Source: a virus (lineage: Duplodnaviria; Heunggongvirae; Uroviricota; Caudoviricetes). Taken from it: DNA of 35,389 nt. This document shows positions 25,820 to 35,389 of the stretch, one piece after another. Positions within the stretch are counted from its first letter, which is position 1. Every line of letters begins with the position of its first letter. The notes beneath the pieces were generated by a model. The model was given only the letters and a program-made list of their open reading frames with translations. It was not told where the DNA came from and made no database searches. Made by a program: the position numbers and the translations under genes. The stretch lies in the IMG/VR virus record IMGVR_UViG_2563367158_000001, one strand, 5' to 3'.

Positions 25820-27644
25820 ATTTGAGCTTAAGGCGTTGATCACCGGTGTCGACAGACTTTCTCCCGCGCTGTCGAAAATGCAAAAGAAAATCCGGGGATT
25901 TAAACGCCAGGCGGAAGAAGCATCACAGGGTGGGCTGGCGCTTGGTGGCGGACTGGCAGCGGGTCTGACGCTTTCCCTGAAATCTTATGCCGATCAGGAA
26001 AACGCCGCCACCGGGCTGAAAGTCGCCATGATGGATGCGAACGGCGAGGTCGGAAAGAGCTTTCAGGACATCAATAAACTGGCTATTGGCCTGGGTAACC
26101 AGCTACCCGGTACAACGGCTGATTTCCAGAACATGATGCAGATGCTGGTGCGTCAGGGGATCCCGGCAGAAAATATTCTTGGCGGTGTGGGTAAAGCGAC
26201 AGCTTATCTTGCGGTACAACTGAAAAAAACACCGGAAGCGGCTGCTGAGTTTGCTGCAAAGATGCAGGATGCTACCGGAACGGCGTCAGAAGACATGATG
26301 GGGCTGTTCGACACTATCCAGAAAGCGTTTTATCTGGGCGTTGACGATACCAACATGTTGTCCTTCTTCACTAAAACCAGTTATGTTCTGAAGATGGTGA
26401 ACAAGGACGGTCTTCAGGCTGCACAGAGCCTTGCCCCCATCAGCGTCATGATGGATCAGATGGGGATGAACGGGGAGTCGGCAGGTAATGCCCTGCGAAA
26501 AGTTATCCAGTCCGGATTAAGCGTTAAGAAAATCAGGGACGTCAATAAAGTTATGGCCCGTCAGAAACTCGGGGTACAGCTCGATTTTACTGACGGCAAA
26601 GGAAGTTTTGGCGGTCTTGATAACATGTTTAAGCAACTGGCAAAGCTGCGAAAACTTACCGACGTTAAGCGAACAGGTGTACTTAAGGCAATATTTGGTG
26701 ATGATGCCGAAACCCTTCAGGTGGTCAATGCGCTGATCGATAAAGGAAAGGATGGTTACGATCAGATCCAGCAAAAGATGAATAAACAGGCCAGCCTGAA
26801 TAAACGTGTTCAGGCACAGCTTGGTACGCTGTCCAACCTGTGGGAGGCAATGACGGGGACCGCAACTAACGGCCTTGCGGCTATTGGCGGCGCATTTTCT
26901 GGTGACGCCAAAAATATCACGCAATGGCTGGGGGAGTTGGGGGAAAAATTCACGAAGTTTGCGGATGAAAATCCCCGGGTTATTCGCGGCGTCGTCGGGC
27001 TTGCTGCCGGTCTTGCGATTCTGAAACTGGGATTGATGGGCGTGGGCAGTGCCATCAGCATTGTCAGCAGGATCATGTCGATGACGCCGATTGGCATGAT
27101 TGCGACGGCGATAGCCCTGGCTGCGGGATTAATTATCACTAACTGGGATGTTGTCGGACCTTATTTCAAGAAGCTCTGGGAAACCATTGGTCCTTATTTT
27201 GAGGCTGGCTGGGAACTCCTTAAGAAAGTTTTTGCCTGGTCGCCGATGGGGATGGTGATCAATAACTGGGGGCCGGTTGTTAAGTGGTTTCAGGATATGT
27301 GGGACAAGCTGAAGCCAATTATTGAGTGGTTTACCGACAGTTCCGGTGACACGGTCGATGCCATTAACTCTGCGCAGTGGGGCGCGGGTGCTTATGATGC
27401 TTATGGGACGGGAATACCGGCACGGGGATACACTCCTTATCCGGCGGTGGATCCGGCTCAGGCAAACAACGCCTCCGATGCCACAGGCTCGAATCCCTTC
27501 ATGATTAATAAAGCTACCGCGCCAAAAGTTGATGGTGAGATCAAGGTATCATTTATAAATATGCCACCAGGTATGCGGGTTACGGAAACACGCTCCAGTG
27601 GCATTGATATAAATCACGATGTTGGCTATACCCGATTTTGGTAG
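25812..27644 (+). CDS. tail tape measure protein
   Basis: 610-aa ORF, Ala/Gly/Met-rich and helical with hydrophobic C-terminal segments; follows the frameshifted chaperone. Confidence 0.9.
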   Translation: MAEFELKALITGVDRLSPALSKMQKKIRGFKRQAEEASQGGLALGGGLAAGLTLSLKSYADQENAATGLKVAMMDANGEVGKSFQDINKLAIGLGNQLPGTTADFQNMMQMLVRQGIPAENILGGVGKATAYLAVQLKKTPEAAAEFAAKMQDATGTASEDMMGLFDTIQKAFYLGVDDTNMLSFFTKTSYVLKMVNKDGLQAAQSLAPISVMMDQMGMNGESAGNALRKVIQSGLSVKKIRDVNKVMARQKLGVQLDFTDGKGSFGGLDNMFKQLAKLRKLTDVKRTGVLKAIFGDDAETLQVVNALIDKGKDGYDQIQQKMNKQASLNKRVQAQLGTLSNLWEAMTGTATNGLAAIGGAFSGDAKNITQWLGELGEKFTKFADENPRVIRGVVGLAAGLAILKLGLMGVGSAISIVSRIMSMTPIGMIATAIALAAGLIITNWDVVGPYFKKLWETIGPYFEAGWELLKKVFAWSPMGMVINNWGPVVKWFQDMWDKLKPIIEWFTDSSGDTVDAINSAQWGAGAYDAYGTGIPARGYTPYPAVDPAQANNASDATGSNPFMINKATAPKVDGEIKVSFINMPPGMRVTETRSSGIDINHDVGYTRFW

Positions 27645-27672
27645 CCAGGATTCCCCTCACATGTATTGCTGG

Positions 27673-27700
27673 TTGTAAGTCATAAATAGAGTGATAGAAT
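27673..27700 (+). promoter_or_regulatory. candidate sigma70 promoter for the tail-module insertion
   Basis: TTGTAA-N16-TAGAAT located 36 nt upstream of the ATG at 27736. Confidence 0.4.
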
Positions 27701-27735
27701 TAATGCACATTTAGAAAAATGTTAATAGGCGAAAA

Positions 27736-28266
27736 ATGAAAGGCTATATCACAGCAAGTGTAATTCTTGGAGCAGCGGCTATTTTTTCATCTCTCATAAT
27801 CTCTGGCAACATCTCCTTTAAAGATGAACATATTATTCAGTTATCTGGAGGAGCCATAAAACTTGGTGATGTTTATAAAGAAAATAAATTAATAAGTGCA
27901 AAGATTATTTTTCCAGATAATCAGGGTGAACAGATTCTTGTTGTCGACGGCAATCCTGAAAACTTTAAGGAGGATTTTCAGGAGAAATTAAATAAAGTAA
28001 TAAAAACTTTAAATGCGTCAAAGAAAAAAGATGAAGAGAAAGTTAGCCTGGATAATTTAAGTGTTATTGAAGAGTCTAAACTAGAGCTCGTTTCTGCGGT
28101 GCGTTACTCTGCTCAGTATGTTCCTATGTTTACTCTGACGCTGGACAAAAAAGAAATTACCATGCCTAAAAATACGGTAATATTTCCATTTGCCAGCGAT
28201 GAAACAGCTAAGTATTTAAATGAACAACAGCAAAAGTATAAAGATTCGTTGTTTCTGACTCGCTAA
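27736..28266 (+). CDS. hypothetical signal-anchored / secreted protein (AT-rich insertion inside tail module)
   Basis: 176-aa ORF; N-terminal hydrophobic segment (ITASVILGAAAIFSSLIISG) then a Lys/Glu-rich domain; about 28% GC by eye; candidate promoter and strong terminator. Confidence 0.65.
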   Translation: MKGYITASVILGAAAIFSSLIISGNISFKDEHIIQLSGGAIKLGDVYKENKLISAKIIFPDNQGEQILVVDGNPENFKEDFQEKLNKVIKTLNASKKKDEEKVSLDNLSVIEESKLELVSAVRYSAQYVPMFTLTLDKKEITMPKNTVIFPFASDETAKYLNEQQQKYKDSLFLTR

Positions 28267-28286
28267 TTAATAAAATTCATTACAAG

Positions 28287-28316
28287 GCCACCTTCTAATA
28301 GGTGGCTTTTTTATTT
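28287..28316 (+). terminator. rho-independent terminator
   Basis: GCCACCT-TCTAAT-AGGTGGC hairpin followed by TTTTTTATTTT. Confidence 0.7.
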
Positions 28317-28327
28317 TCGGAGTGTAT

Positions 28328-29656
28328 ATGACGTGGAAAGACAGGCTTCAGGATGCGTCATTTCGAGGTGTGCCGTTTAAGGTTGAAGAAGAAAGTGCGG
28401 GAACTGGTCGCCGTGTGGAAACACATGAATACCCGAACCGCGACAAGCCCTATACCGAAGATCTGGGAAAAGTCACTTTCCGCCCGTCCATCACAGCTTA
28501 TGTGGTGGGAGATGACTGCTTTGACCAGCGCGATCGCCTGATTGAAGCGCTGAATAAACCCGGTCCCGGCACGCTTGTCCACCCGACATATGGTGAGCTG
28601 AAAGTCTGTGTTGACGGGGAAGTTCGGGTCAGCACATCGAAAAGTGAAGGGCGTATTGTCCGCTTTGACCTGAAGTTTGTCGAAGCAGGAGAACTCTCTT
28701 ACCCCACATCAGGTGCGGCGACGGCGCAGACGCTGATGTCATCCTGTTCTGCACTGGATGACTGCATCAGTGACAGCTTCAGCGGTTTCAGTATCGATGG
28801 TGTGGCGGATTTCGTGCAGAACGACGTTATCGGTAATGCCAGCATAATGCTGGGGTATGTTTCTGATGCGATGAAAGTGGTGGATTCTGCCGTATCGGAT
28901 GCCGCCAGGCTGTTGCAGGGGGATATCTCGGTACTTCTGCCGCCGCCATCGTCAGGCAAAAATTTCGTTGAGCAGGTGCAGAAAATGTGGCGTACCGGGA
29001 AACGCCTTTATGGTAACGCCAGCGACCTGGTCACCATGATCAAAACGCTTTCCGGTGTCAGCCTCGGCAGCGATCTGCAACCGCGCGGCGTCTGGAAAAC
29101 GGACAGTAAAACCACCGCCACGGCTACGCAGCAGCGTAATGTGGTTGCCAGCACCCTTCGTACGACCGCAATCAGCGAAGCGGCGTATGCCATCACCCGA
29201 TTGCCTGCGCCAACAACTTCCGCGGTGATGCAGAATTCCGCAGTGGGGCAGGCAACAACACCTGCGCAGAGCACTGGCTGGCCTTCCGTCACGCATCCGG
29301 CACTGAACAATGCACCGGCGGTGAAAAACACGGTTGACCTGCCGACGTGGGAAGAACTGACTGACATTCGCGACACACTGAATACGACAATTGATAAGGA
29401 GTTGTCCCGTACAACCAGTGATGCGCTGTTTCTGGCGCTGCGCCGGGTGAAAGCAGATCTGAATGCGGATATCAACACGCGCCTTGAACAGTCTGCACGG
29501 ATCATTCAGCGCACACCGGATGAGGTTTTACCCGCGCTGGTGCTGGCGGCGACCTGGTTTGATAACGCGGCGCGTGACGCGGACATTATCCGGCGTAATG
29601 CCATTACGCATCCCGGCTTTGTGCCGGTGATCCCTCTGAAGGTGCCAGTGCAATGA
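28328..29656 (+). CDS. DNA circularisation protein (Mu N-like tail protein)
   Basis: About 442-aa product starting MTWKDRLQDASFRGVPFKVEEESAGTGRRVETHEYPNRD, typical of the Mu N family; CGGAG RBS 6 nt upstream. Confidence 0.8.
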   Translation: MTWKDRLQDASFRGVPFKVEEESAGTGRRVETHEYPNRDKPYTEDLGKVTFRPSITAYVVGDDCFDQRDRLIEALNKPGPGTLVHPTYGELKVCVDGEVRVSTSKSEGRIVRFDLKFVEAGELSYPTSGAATAQTLMSSCSALDDCISDSFSGFSIDGVADFVQNDVIGNASIMLGYVSDAMKVVDSAVSDAARLLQGDISVLLPPPSSGKNFVEQVQKMWRTGKRLYGNASDLVTMIKTLSGVSLGSDLQPRGVWKTDSKTTATATQQRNVVASTLRTTAISEAAYAITRLPAPTTSAVMQNSAVGQATTPAQSTGWPSVTHPALNNAPAVKNTVDLPTWEELTDIRDTLNTTIDKELSRTTSDALFLALRRVKADLNADINTRLEQSARIIQRTPDEVLPALVLAATWFDNAARDADIIRRNAITHPGFVPVIPLKVPVQ

Positions 29657-30732
29657 ACGACAATGTCACGCTACGGGTAAATGGCCGGGAGTGGAATGGC
29701 TGGACATCGGTACGCATCGGTGCCGGTATTGAACGGCTGGCGCGGGATTTCAGTGTGGAGATCACCCGACAGTGGCCGGGAGATGAGGGGATCACCACGC
29801 TTCAGCCGCGCATTAAAAACGGTTCAAAAGTGGAGGTGCTGATTGGTGATGAGCTGGTGATCACCGGCTGGGTGGAGGCGACGCCCGTTCGTTACGATGC
29901 CCGTTCGGTCAGCACCGGTATTGCCGGACGCAGTCTGACCGCTGACCTGATTGACTGTGCAGCCGAACCGACACAGTTTAACGGACGATCGCTGGTACAG
30001 ATTGCGCAGGCGCTTGCTGCGCCTTTCGGCATTGAGGTGGTGAACAACAGTGCGCCGTCGGGTGTTATTCCTGATGTCCAGCCTGATCACGGCGAAACGG
30101 TGATTGAGGTGATCAACAAAATACTCGGTCAGCAGCAGGCACTGGCTTACGACGACCCGCACGGCAGGCTGGTGATTGGCGGTATTGGCTCAACGCGGGC
30201 ACATACCGCGCTGGTACTTGGGGAAAATATCCTTTCCTGTGATACGGAGAAGAGTATCCGGGAGCGGTTTTCTGTTTACCAGGTGGCGGGGCAGCGTGCC
30301 GGAAACGACGATGATTTCGGTGAGGCCACCACCACCGCGCTGCGGGCCCGCACAGAGGACGCATTTATTGCCCGTTACCGTCCGATGTATATCAGGCAGA
30401 CAGGGCAGGCTACGGGGGCAGGCTGTATTGCCCGTGCGGACTTTGAAGCCCGACAACGGGCGGCGCGGACGGATGAAACCACCTATGTGGTTCAGGGCTG
30501 GCGACAGGGTAACGGTACGCTGTGGCAGCCCAACCAGCGGGTGATTGTCTTCGATCCGGTCTGTGGTTTCGACAATACCGAACTGCTTGTCTCGGAAGTC
30601 ACGTTTACTCAGGACCAGAACGGCACCCTGACGGAAATCCGTGTCGGCCCACCTGATGCTTATCTGCCTGAACCCGAAGCCCCCGGCGCGCGGAAAAAGA
30701 AAAAAGCCAGAGTACAGGAGGACCCGTTCTGA
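29653..30732 (+). CDS. baseplate hub protein (Mu P / P2 D-like)
   Basis: 359-aa ORF in conserved order after the DNA circularisation gene. Confidence 0.8.
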   Translation: MNDNVTLRVNGREWNGWTSVRIGAGIERLARDFSVEITRQWPGDEGITTLQPRIKNGSKVEVLIGDELVITGWVEATPVRYDARSVSTGIAGRSLTADLIDCAAEPTQFNGRSLVQIAQALAAPFGIEVVNNSAPSGVIPDVQPDHGETVIEVINKILGQQQALAYDDPHGRLVIGGIGSTRAHTALVLGENILSCDTEKSIRERFSVYQVAGQRAGNDDDFGEATTTALRARTEDAFIARYRPMYIRQTGQATGAGCIARADFEARQRAARTDETTYVVQGWRQGNGTLWQPNQRVIVFDPVCGFDNTELLVSEVTFTQDQNGTLTEIRVGPPDAYLPEPEAPGARKKKKARVQEDPF

Positions 30733-31280
30733 TGAGGACGATTGAAGCCATGCAGCGACAACTTCTCGGCCTGATTGGGCGGGCAGTGGTGAAAAGCATC
30801 AGTGCCGCCACGAAATGTCAGACCGTGGATGTGTCCCTGATTGCCGGTGAACCCAAAGCCGGGGTTGAACATCTTGAACCCTACGGTTTTACCGCAAGGG
30901 CAAACAGCGGTGCGGAAGCGGTGGTGTTGTTTCCGGATGGCGACCGTTCTCATGCGGTGGTTGTTACGGTGTCGGACCGGCGCTACCGCCTGAAAGGGCT
31001 GCAGACGGGTGAGGTGGCGGTCTATGACGATCAGGGGAAGTCCGTGACGCTGACCCGGGAGGGGATCGTGGTGGACGGTGCAGGTAAAACGATCACGTTT
31101 CGCAATTCACCTAAAGCACGTTTTGAAATGGACCTAGAAGTGACAGGACAGGTGAAAGACCTGTGCGACTCCAGCGGCACCACCATGTCAGCGATGCGGC
31201 TTGCCTATAACGGGCATCGTCACAGAGAGAACGGTCAGGGCAGTAACACCGACAAAACTGATAAAGCGATGGAGGCATGA
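30732..31280 (+). CDS. baseplate assembly protein V (spike)
   Basis: 182-aa ORF with an OB-fold-like N-terminal region; conserved position. Confidence 0.8.
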   Translation: MRTIEAMQRQLLGLIGRAVVKSISAATKCQTVDVSLIAGEPKAGVEHLEPYGFTARANSGAEAVVLFPDGDRSHAVVVTVSDRRYRLKGLQTGEVAVYDDQGKSVTLTREGIVVDGAGKTITFRNSPKARFEMDLEVTGQVKDLCDSSGTTMSAMRLAYNGHRHRENGQGSNTDKTDKAMEA

Positions 31281-31705
31281 TGGAACTGTGGCTGACGGTG
31301 AACGGTAAACGCACCTGCGCCAGCGCACCGCTGGATCCGCTGACCCGCGCCGTGGTGATTTCCCTGTTTACCTGGCGGCGGGCGGAGCCTGATGACAACG
31401 CCGACGTCCCGATGGGATGGTGGGGGGATACCTGGCCTGCGGTACAGAATGACCGTTACGGCTCCCGACTGTGGCTGCTTCAGCGCAGCAAACTGACCAA
31501 TCAGCTGGTGCAGACGGTAAGGGGGTATATCCGCGAATGCCTGCAATGGATGATTGATGACGGCGTGGTGTCCCGTATTGATCTGGATATCCGCCGCACC
31601 GGGATTAATGAACTGGGTAATAGTATCACTCTCTGGCGTCGTGACGGACCGGTAATGATTTCTTTTGATGATCTGTGGAGTGCGATAACGCATGGCGGAC
31701 AGTGA
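31277..31705 (+). CDS. Mu gp46-like baseplate protein
   Basis: 142-aa ORF in conserved position. Confidence 0.75.
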   Translation: MMELWLTVNGKRTCASAPLDPLTRAVVISLFTWRRAEPDDNADVPMGWWGDTWPAVQNDRYGSRLWLLQRSKLTNQLVQTVRGYIRECLQWMIDDGVVSRIDLDIRRTGINELGNSITLWRRDGPVMISFDDLWSAITHGGQ

Positions 31706-32750
31706 ATTTCAGCGCCCGACGCTGGCAGAAAATATCAGTATGCTCCGTAACGATTTATTCGCCAGGCTGGACGTCAGCGACACGCTCCGGCGCATGGATG
31801 AAGACGTGCGGGCAAAGGTGTATGCGGCGGCGCTGCATACGGTTTACGGGTACATCGATTATCTGGCAATGAACATTCTGCCTGACCTGTGCGATGAGTC
31901 CTGGCTGGCGCGACATGCTGCGATGAAACGGTGTCCGCGCAAGGGGGCCACGGCTGCCAGCGGGTATATGCGCTGGGAAGGTGTCAGCGATGGCCTGAAG
32001 GTGACCGCCGGGAGTGTTATTCAGCGCGATGACCTGGTTCAGTACACGGCAACTGCCGATGCAACCAGCTCCGGTGGTGTCCTGCGCGTGCCGATCGCCT
32101 GCTCAAGTGCAGGCGCGGTCGGTAACGCTGACGACGGTACGTCATTAATCCTGGTCACGCCGGTTAATGGTCTGCCGTCTTCCGGCGTGGCAGATACCCT
32201 GACAGGTGGATTTGATACTGAAGAGCTGGAAACGTGGCGCGCCCGCGTCATTGAGCGGTATTACTGGACGCCTCAGGGCGGGGCTGACGGGGACTATGTC
32301 GTCTGGGCTAAAGAAGTGCCCGGCATTACCCGCGCATGGACATACCGTCACTGGATGGGAACGGGAACTGTCGGTGTGATGATTGCCAGCAGTGACCTGA
32401 TTAATCCCATTCCGGAAGAATCAACGGAAACGGCAGCAAGACAACATATCTGGCCACTGGCCCCGGTGGCAGGCTCTGATTTGTATGTATTCAGGCCGGT
32501 GGCACATACGGTGGATTTTCATATCCGCGTGACGCCGGACACACCAGAAATACGGGCTGCCATTACCGCGGAGTTGCGTTCGTTCCTGCTGCGTGATGGT
32601 TATCCGCAGGGAGAACTCAAGGTATCGCGTATCAGTGAGGCGATTTCCGGTGCGAACGGGGAATACAGCCATCAGTTGCTTGCACCGGTGGACAATATCT
32701 CCATTGCGAAAAACGAACTGGCGGTACTGGGGACGATTTCATGGACGTGA
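31692..32750 (+). CDS. baseplate J-like protein
   Basis: 352-aa ORF in conserved position. Confidence 0.85.
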   Translation: MADSEFQRPTLAENISMLRNDLFARLDVSDTLRRMDEDVRAKVYAAALHTVYGYIDYLAMNILPDLCDESWLARHAAMKRCPRKGATAASGYMRWEGVSDGLKVTAGSVIQRDDLVQYTATADATSSGGVLRVPIACSSAGAVGNADDGTSLILVTPVNGLPSSGVADTLTGGFDTEELETWRARVIERYYWTPQGGADGDYVVWAKEVPGITRAWTYRHWMGTGTVGVMIASSDLINPIPEESTETAARQHIWPLAPVAGSDLYVFRPVAHTVDFHIRVTPDTPEIRAAITAELRSFLLRDGYPQGELKVSRISEAISGANGEYSHQLLAPVDNISIAKNELAVLGTISWT

Positions 32751-33325
32751 CAAACGATGATTACATCCGCCTGTTATCGGCACTGTTGCCGCCCGGTCCG
32801 GCGTGGTCAGCCAGCGATCCGGCGATTGCCGGTGCGGCACCGTCATTAACCCGTGTTCATCAGCGTGCGGATGCCCTGATGCGGGAGCTGGATCCGCGCA
32901 CCACCACTGAACTGATAAACCGCTGGGAGCGTCTGTGCGGTCTGCCGGATGAATGTATTCCGGCGGGAACGCAGACCCTTCGCCAGCGTCAGCAACGGCT
33001 GGATGCGAAGGTTAACCTGGCGGGCGGCATCAACGAGGATTTTTATCTTGCACAGCTTGCTGCCCTGTGCAGACCAGATGCCACCATCACGCGATACGAC
33101 AAAAGCACTTTCACCTGCTCATCGGCCTGTACTGACGCGGTGAATGCGCCGGAATGGCGGTATTACTGGCAGGTCAACATGCCAGCCACCACCAACTCCA
33201 CCTGGATGACATGTGGCGATCCCTGTGATTCCGCACTGCGTATCTGGGGTGACACCGTTGTCGAGTGTGTGCTTAACAAACTCTGCCCGTCGCATACCTA
33301 CGTAATTTTTAAATATCCGGAGTAA
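32741..33325 (+). CDS. DUF2313-family tail protein (Mu gp48 / YmfQ-like)
   Basis: 194-aa ORF in the position preceding the tail fibre, as in the e14 prophage. Confidence 0.75.
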   Translation: MDVTNDDYIRLLSALLPPGPAWSASDPAIAGAAPSLTRVHQRADALMRELDPRTTTELINRWERLCGLPDECIPAGTQTLRQRQQRLDAKVNLAGGINEDFYLAQLAALCRPDATITRYDKSTFTCSSACTDAVNAPEWRYYWQVNMPATTNSTWMTCGDPCDSALRIWGDTVVECVLNKLCPSHTYVIFKYPE

Positions 33326-33328
33326 TCC

Positions 33329-34111
33329 ATGCATCGTATAGACACGAAAACCGCGCAGAAGGATAAGTTCGGCGCGGGTAAGAACGGTTTTACCCGTGGT
33401 AACCCCCAGACCGGCACGCCTGCCACCGATCTGGATGATGACTACTTTGACATGTTGCAGGAGGAACTTTGCAGCGTGGTGGAGGCATCCGGTGCCAGCC
33501 TGGAGAAGGGGCGGCACGACCAGTTACTTACCGCACTTCGCGCGCTGCTGTTAAGCCGCAAGAATCCGTTTGGTGATATCAAATCGGATGGCACGGTGAA
33601 AACGGCTCTCGAAAACCTTGGTTTGGGAGAAGGTTCTGCGTTGCCTGTTGGCGCACCAGTTCCTTGGCCTTCAGCTACGCCGCCGACAGGCTGGCTGAAA
33701 TGCAACGGAGCAGCTTTTTCTGCTGAAGAATACCCGGAACTGGCAAAGGCTTATCCGACAAATAAATTGCCTGATTTACGCGGTGAATTTATTCGTGGCT
33801 GGGATGACGGACGTGGAGTGGATAACGGAAGGGGATTATTAACGCTTCAGGACGGTGCGATTGTCAGTCATAACCACTATTGGGGAATCTGGACTTCACG
33901 AACTAACGACCAGACTCTGGAAAGTTTTACAGGCACCACGATTTTAAAACAAATCACGCCCCTGTCTCCGGCCATTGACTTCGATAATTACCCAATTCCC
34001 AACCCGGCTATTACAGAGGGTGGTGTTGTTGCGGCAACGACTAAACCTGCAGGTGCGAATGAAACGCGCCCACGAAATGTCGCTTTTAACTATATTGTGA
34101 GGGCTGCATAA
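33329..34111 (+). CDS. side tail fibre protein (phage tail collar domain)
   Basis: 260-aa ORF with the tail-collar motif ([25 protein letters not shown]). Confidence 0.8.
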   Translation: MHRIDTKTAQKDKFGAGKNGFTRGNPQTGTPATDLDDDYFDMLQEELCSVVEASGASLEKGRHDQLLTALRALLLSRKNPFGDIKSDGTVKTALENLGLGEGSALPVGAPVPWPSATPPTGWLKCNGAAFSAEEYPELAKAYPTNKLPDLRGEFIRGWDDGRGVDNGRGLLTLQDGAIVSHNHYWGIWTSRTNDQTLESFTGTTILKQITPLSPAIDFDNYPIPNPAITEGGVVAATTKPAGANETRPRNVAFNYIVRAA

Positions 34112-34716
34112 TGAATAACGCAGAATTAAACAGTGAATTAATTGCCACTATGGCAGGAGAAATTACTGTTTATAACTTTGATGTCGTGAGTCGGGAGTAT
34201 ATTTCAGCTTCAACTGAATATCTTGCTGTTGGTGTCGGCATTCCTGCATATTCCTGTTTAGATGCTCCAGGCGCATACAAAGCTGGTTATGCAATCTGCC
34301 GTTCTGCAGATTTTAACTCATGGGAATATGTGCCAGACCATCGCGGTGAAATCGTCTTTAGCACCGAAACGGGGGAATCAAAAGAAATTACTGTGCCGGG
34401 GGATTACCCTGAAAATACGACCACTTTTGCACCATTAACGCCATACGATAAATGGGATGGTGAGAAATGGGTAACAGATATCGAGGCACAGCATAGCGCC
34501 GCAGTAGATGCAGCAGAAGTACAGCGCCAGTTGCTGATTGATATTGCAATGGCTTCCATCAGTCTGATTCAACTGAAATTACAGGCCGGACGGAATCTGA
34601 CGCAGGCAGAAACCAACCGACTTAACACGGTGCTGGATTACATTGACGCGGTGACGGAAACAAATACCAGCACCGCGCCTGATATTATTTGGCCTGCTTT
34701 TCCTGAGACTGATTAA
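34111..34716 (+). CDS. tail fibre assembly protein
   Basis: 201-aa ORF starting [24 protein letters not shown], typical Tfa-like chaperone directly after the fibre gene. Confidence 0.8.
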   Translation: MNNAELNSELIATMAGEITVYNFDVVSREYISASTEYLAVGVGIPAYSCLDAPGAYKAGYAICRSADFNSWEYVPDHRGEIVFSTETGESKEITVPGDYPENTTTFAPLTPYDKWDGEKWVTDIEAQHSAAVDAAEVQRQLLIDIAMASISLIQLKLQAGRNLTQAETNRLNTVLDYIDAVTETNTSTAPDIIWPAFPETD

Positions 34717-34945
34717 CCTCAATCAATATTGGTTCCCCTTTCTCATTAATTGTTAGCTCCATGCCCTGAGGAATTTCTGTCATAGTAAAAAACCAGTTGT
34801 CCTCCGGTAATTCAATAGCCCCGGTCACATCATGAAGACCGGGGATTACTTCAGTCAAATTAACTGGATTAAACAGGCGCACAATAAACCCTCCAGGAAA
34901 AAGCATTTGATGATGGTCTGCCGTCGAACATCTGGCAGCGGACAT
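34685..34945 (-). CDS. putative alternative tail-fibre chaperone on opposite strand
   Basis: 86-aa minus-strand ORF converging on the plus-strand tfa gene; start uncertain; function inferred from position only. Confidence 0.35.
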   Translation of the reverse strand: MSAARCSTADHHQMLFPGGFIVRLFNPVNLTEVIPGLHDVTGAIELPEDNWFFTMTEIPQGMELTINEKGEPILIEVNQSQEKQAK

Positions 34946-35327
34946 AAAAACCGGTATTTGTTACCTGATCATCCACGATCATTGAAACGTGAACATTATT
35001 AGGTGTGCTCTCGTAATCTGTTCTTATTCTTTCCGCGATACTGATAAAACGTGAAAGTTTAGGCAGTGCAATTGGGTAAACGACTTTAGCCAGTCCATTA
35101 TCATTAGACCCACCCGTTCCAAAGACTTCTATTGCACCATCTGACCAGCGAATCCATGCACCATTGGCATTAGCTCCTCGCTGAATGATATATCTGGCTT
35201 CTCCCAAACCAACGTATATGAAAATGCAGAAATAACGAGCAAATGGCATCATTCCTGCTTTTAGTAAAGAGATTGAGCATGCTGGTAGGTTATATACGGG
35301 TATCAACAAATGAGCAGAACACAGCAT
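34869..35327 (-). CDS. putative promoterless alternative tail-fibre C-terminal cassette
   Basis: Minus-strand ORF whose translation (QRGANANGAWIRWSDGAIEV) parallels the tail-collar region of the plus-strand fibre ([18 protein letters not shown]); the annotated Met at 35327 is probably spurious. Confidence 0.35.
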   Translation of the reverse strand: MLCSAHLLIPVYNLPACSISLLKAGMMPFARYFCIFIYVGLGEARYIIQRGANANGAWIRWSDGAIEVFGTGGSNDNGLAKVVYPIALPKLSRFISIAERIRTDYESTPNNVHVSMIVDDQVTNTGFYVRCQMFDGRPSSNAFSWRVYCAPV

Positions 35328-35389
35328 TACTGATAAATGCGCTCGAGTGCGCAGGAGGTGAGCTGATTTTTGAAGACAAAATATTCTAA
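35279..35389 (+). pseudogene. Gin/Pin/Hin-type serine DNA invertase, N-terminal 36 codons ending in an in-frame TAA at the window edge
   Basis: MLVGYIRVSTNEQNTALLINALECAGGELIFEDKIF matches the invertase N-terminus including the catalytic Ser region (RVSTN.QNT); stop at 35387-35389 where intact homologues continue. Confidence 0.45.

Noticed and set aside
29008-29505. 165-aa minus-strand ORF inside the DNA circularisation gene
   Set aside because: Antisense to a well-supported tail gene in a GC-rich region where long spurious ORFs are common.
1-35389. Search by eye for canonical LexA/SOS boxes (CTGT-N8-ACAG) and for CRISPR arrays, rRNA or additional tRNA genes
   Set aside because: None recognised with confidence; an eye scan is not exhaustive, so their absence is provisional and should be confirmed computationally.

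Overview
This window is the left ~34 kb of a mosaic temperate prophage inserted at the 3' end of tRNA-Thr (thrW), immediately downstream of the host proA gene in an E. coli/Shigella-like chromosome. The right prophage end (attR) lies beyond the window. All calls rest on reading the supplied ORF translations and the DNA by eye; no database search was run. Gene order: P22-type int/xis and a minus-strand early-left operon (DUF551-like, HD-domain hydrolase); a lambdoid immunity region (cI, cro, GTAC-containing operator repeats); a replication initiator with in-gene iterons; a nin-like region (PerC-like, Dam-type methyltransferase, stand-alone LexA DNA-binding domain, RusA, KilA-N, DUF968); Q antiterminator; lysis cassette (holin, lambda-R-type endolysin, Rz/Rz1); HNH endonuclease with small and large terminase; an HK97-like head module; and a Mu-like contractile tail with a -1 frameshifted chaperone, tape measure and baseplate. 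The window ends in a tail-fibre region with promoterless alternative fibre and chaperone ORFs on the opposite strand and a short N-terminal fragment of a Gin/Pin-type invertase. The most interesting content is four AT-rich insertions (about 30% GC in sampled 60-nt stretches versus about 53% in the structural genes), each a single gene with its own terminator: a membrane protein downstream of cI, a small acidic protein at the Q-to-holin position where Stx phages carry stx, a small helical protein after the spanins, and a signal-anchored protein between tape measure and baseplate genes. These are candidate superinfection-exclusion, abortive-infection or lysogenic-conversion determinants with no recognisable family.
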